From: Eledone cirrhosa
Taxonomy: Eukaryota
Assembly: GCA_964016885.1 (NCBI GenBank)
Contig: OZ024764.1
Span: 18,166,001 to 18,230,000 of the forward strand
Length of the DNA: 64,000 bases
Direction: 5' to 3'
Shown here: piece by piece, positions 61,798-64,000 of the stretch
How the letters are laid out: each line of letters begins with the position of its first letter
Numbering within the stretch: the first letter of the stretch is position 1
Position numbers and translations under genes: made by a program
Notes under the pieces: model-generated
What the model saw: only the letters and a program-made list of their open reading frames with translations
What the model was told of the DNA's origin: nothing
Database searches by the model: none

Positions 61798-63295
61798 ATA
61801 GAGTTACGGCTCTTTATGATATGAGCGCAAATCACGCTGAGGTTAACTTTGCCTTACATCCTTACGGGGTCGATAAAATAAAGTACCAGTAATACACTGG
61901 GGTCGATCTAATCGACTTTCCCTTCCCCCCAAATTACTGGCCTTGTGCCTATATAAGAAACCATTATTTATTCAAAGTAATCCAACTTATTTAAAGGGAT
62001 AAAAAATTATAAACCGTACACAGTCCTGCACTCCTTACTTTAATATAGTTTAGATTATTGGATTGGCAGTATTGGTAGAGGGTCGGACGCCATGCTTTGC
62101 AGCATAGAGTTACGGCCCTTTACAGTCTGACTTCAAATCCCGCCGAGGTTAACTTTGCCTTTCATCCTTACGGGGTCGATAAAATAAAGTACCAGTAATA
62201 CACTGGGGTAATTGCTGGCCTTGTGCCAAAAATTATTATGGCAGTGAATTGGTAATAATCGGTAGAGCGTCAGAAAATGGTTTGTGTCATAGAGTTACGT
62301 CCCTTATTATTAGTGTTTTTTTCTTGTTTTTAGATTTTTTTTGCACAAAATTTTCACATTACACTTTTATTAATAATCTTTCTTTTTCTCCTTCTTCTTC
62401 CTCTTCTTCAAACAAGAAATGCATGAATGTCACTGACTCCACAGCATCTGGTCCTTTGACAAAAATAAACTCTTCTAACAGTACCTCCACTCCACTCCAT
62501 CCCCACCCCCTGTCTTGCTGCCTCCCTCACCTCACCCCCGTCTTGCTGCCCCCCCCCTATCTCTCTCTCTCTTTTTTTATATAGAAATTGTTCTGCACTT
62601 TTTTACTTATTCAACCAAAGCATCATGTCTTGTGGCCATGCTGGGGCACCGTCTGTTGTGGCCATGCTGGTGCACTGTATTTTAGGGGTCCTTCATCCAA
62701 CCTGGCACTCTCCAAACGAAAGTAGCTTGTTTTATATATTACTTTCATCTTTACGAGGTTGATAAAATAAAATAAAGTACCAGTAATACACTGGGGTAAT
62801 TGCTGGCCTTGTGCCAAAATTGGAAACAATCATTCTCTTCGGCGAATCCCTGATTAACTTTTTTCAAATTTCACTTGAAGAGGAAAAAGAGGGTGGAGAG
62901 GCAAGTGGTGTCTTGTAGTAAGTTGAAAGGGGGTGGAGAGGCAAGTGGTGTCTTGTAGTAAGTTGAAAGGGGGTGGTGGAAGTGGCGAGTCTGGTCCGAG
63001 TGTACGGGCCCACTCTGAGTATGGTCCTGTAGACTGAGGAGTGGGAGAACTGAACTGGCCAATAAAGAAACAATTATTATTATTATTATTATTAAATTAT
63101 TAATGGCGGTGAATTGGCAGTATCGGTAGAGGGTTGGACGCCATGCTTTGACGCATAGAGTTACGTCCCTTTACAGTCTGAATTCAAATACCGCCGAGGT
63201 TAACTTTGCCTTTCATCCTTACGGGGTCGATAAAATAAAGTACCAGTAATGCACTGATAATTGCTGGCCTTGTGCCAAAAGTAGAAACAATTATT
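61798..63295 (+). mobile_element. Cluster of four plus-strand SINE family B copies
   Basis: Copies at ~61798-61970, 62063-62236, 62745-62830 and 63104-63295. Confidence 0.85.
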
Positions 63296-63455
63296 ATTAA
63301 ATTAGTCTCGCCATTGTGCACTTTTACTCGACCTTATTGTAAACCCCCCACTGTCCCTGTCTTTGTATTGCCCCCTACATGTCGGCCCTTGTGGCTAATA
63401 AATGAAATCATTATTATTATTATTAACATACTCCCCGTGTCTTTGACAATTTCAG

Positions 63456-63551
63456 GAACTCTGCATCTACGTTGGCTCATGTATTTGCATATTCATCGCA
63501 GCTATAGTGGCAGCCTGCTATGGGTTTGTCCCTTCTTTGGGTGCAGCAGCG
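63456..63551 (+). CDS. MARVEL-domain protein, coding exon 3 (TM3); gene continues beyond the window
   Basis: TTTCAG|ELCIYVGSCICIFIAAIVAACYGFVPSLGAAA|GTGAGT; phase 0; E starting TM3 and AA before TM4 as in CMTM/MAL-family genes. Confidence 0.9.
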
Positions 63552-63599
63552 GTGAGTATTAGAGCAACCTTGTTATATCTACTGCATGGGGGAGGGGAA

Positions 63600-64000
63600 G
63601 TCAGTACGCTATAGTACAATATAGTACCCCAGACCACACTACACTACACAACAGTACCATACAGTATAGTATAGAATAGTACAGTACATTATAGTACAGT
63701 ACAGTATAGTATAGTACAGTACAGTACATTATAGTACAGTACAGTACAGTACAGTATAGTACAGTACACTACAATATAGTACAGTACATTATAGTATTGT
63801 ACAGTAAAGTATAGTATAGTACAGTAGAGTACAGTACAGTACACTACAATATAGTACAGTACACTATAGTACAGTACAGTATAGTATAGAATAGTACAGT
63901 ACATTATAGTACAGTACATTATAGTACAGTATAGTATAGTATAGTACAGTACATTATAGTACAGTACAGTATAGTACAGTACACTACAGTATAGTACAGT
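63600..64000. repeat. (AGTAC/AGTAT)n pentanucleotide satellite
   Basis: Directly visible. Confidence 0.95.

Overview
Eukaryotic animal DNA dominated by (TA)n/(CA)n/(GA)n microsatellites, minisatellites and short transposon remnants. The repeat families (tRNA-headed CORE-like and Meta-like SINEs with RTE-type tails) suggest a cephalopod, probably an octopus; this is inferred, not proven. Two protein-coding genes are supported. (1) A 1783-aa ORF on the minus strand (5419-10770) in one large exon: Pro/Ser-rich N-terminus, about 130 pentapeptide (VDNRG-type) repeats between two Cys clusters, and a basic C-terminus with an RVxF-like motif. (2) A spliced plus-strand MARVEL-domain gene (CMTM/plasmolipin-like) with coding exons 57409-57525, 58976-59146 and 63456-63551, continuing past the window. 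Almost all other listed ORFs are microsatellite artefacts. The most striking unexplained structure is a set of short unique islands embedded in (TA)n arrays. They carry type I hammerhead ribozyme cores (two near-intact, at 15831-15888 and 55548-55609) and fold-back hairpins, consistent with microsatellite-targeting Penelope-like retroelements. Also present are two RTE LINE copies with twin-priming-type 5' inversions, candidate HDV-like ribozyme 5' ends, and a decayed CRE-clade endonuclease fragment paired with an inverted copy of its 3' end.
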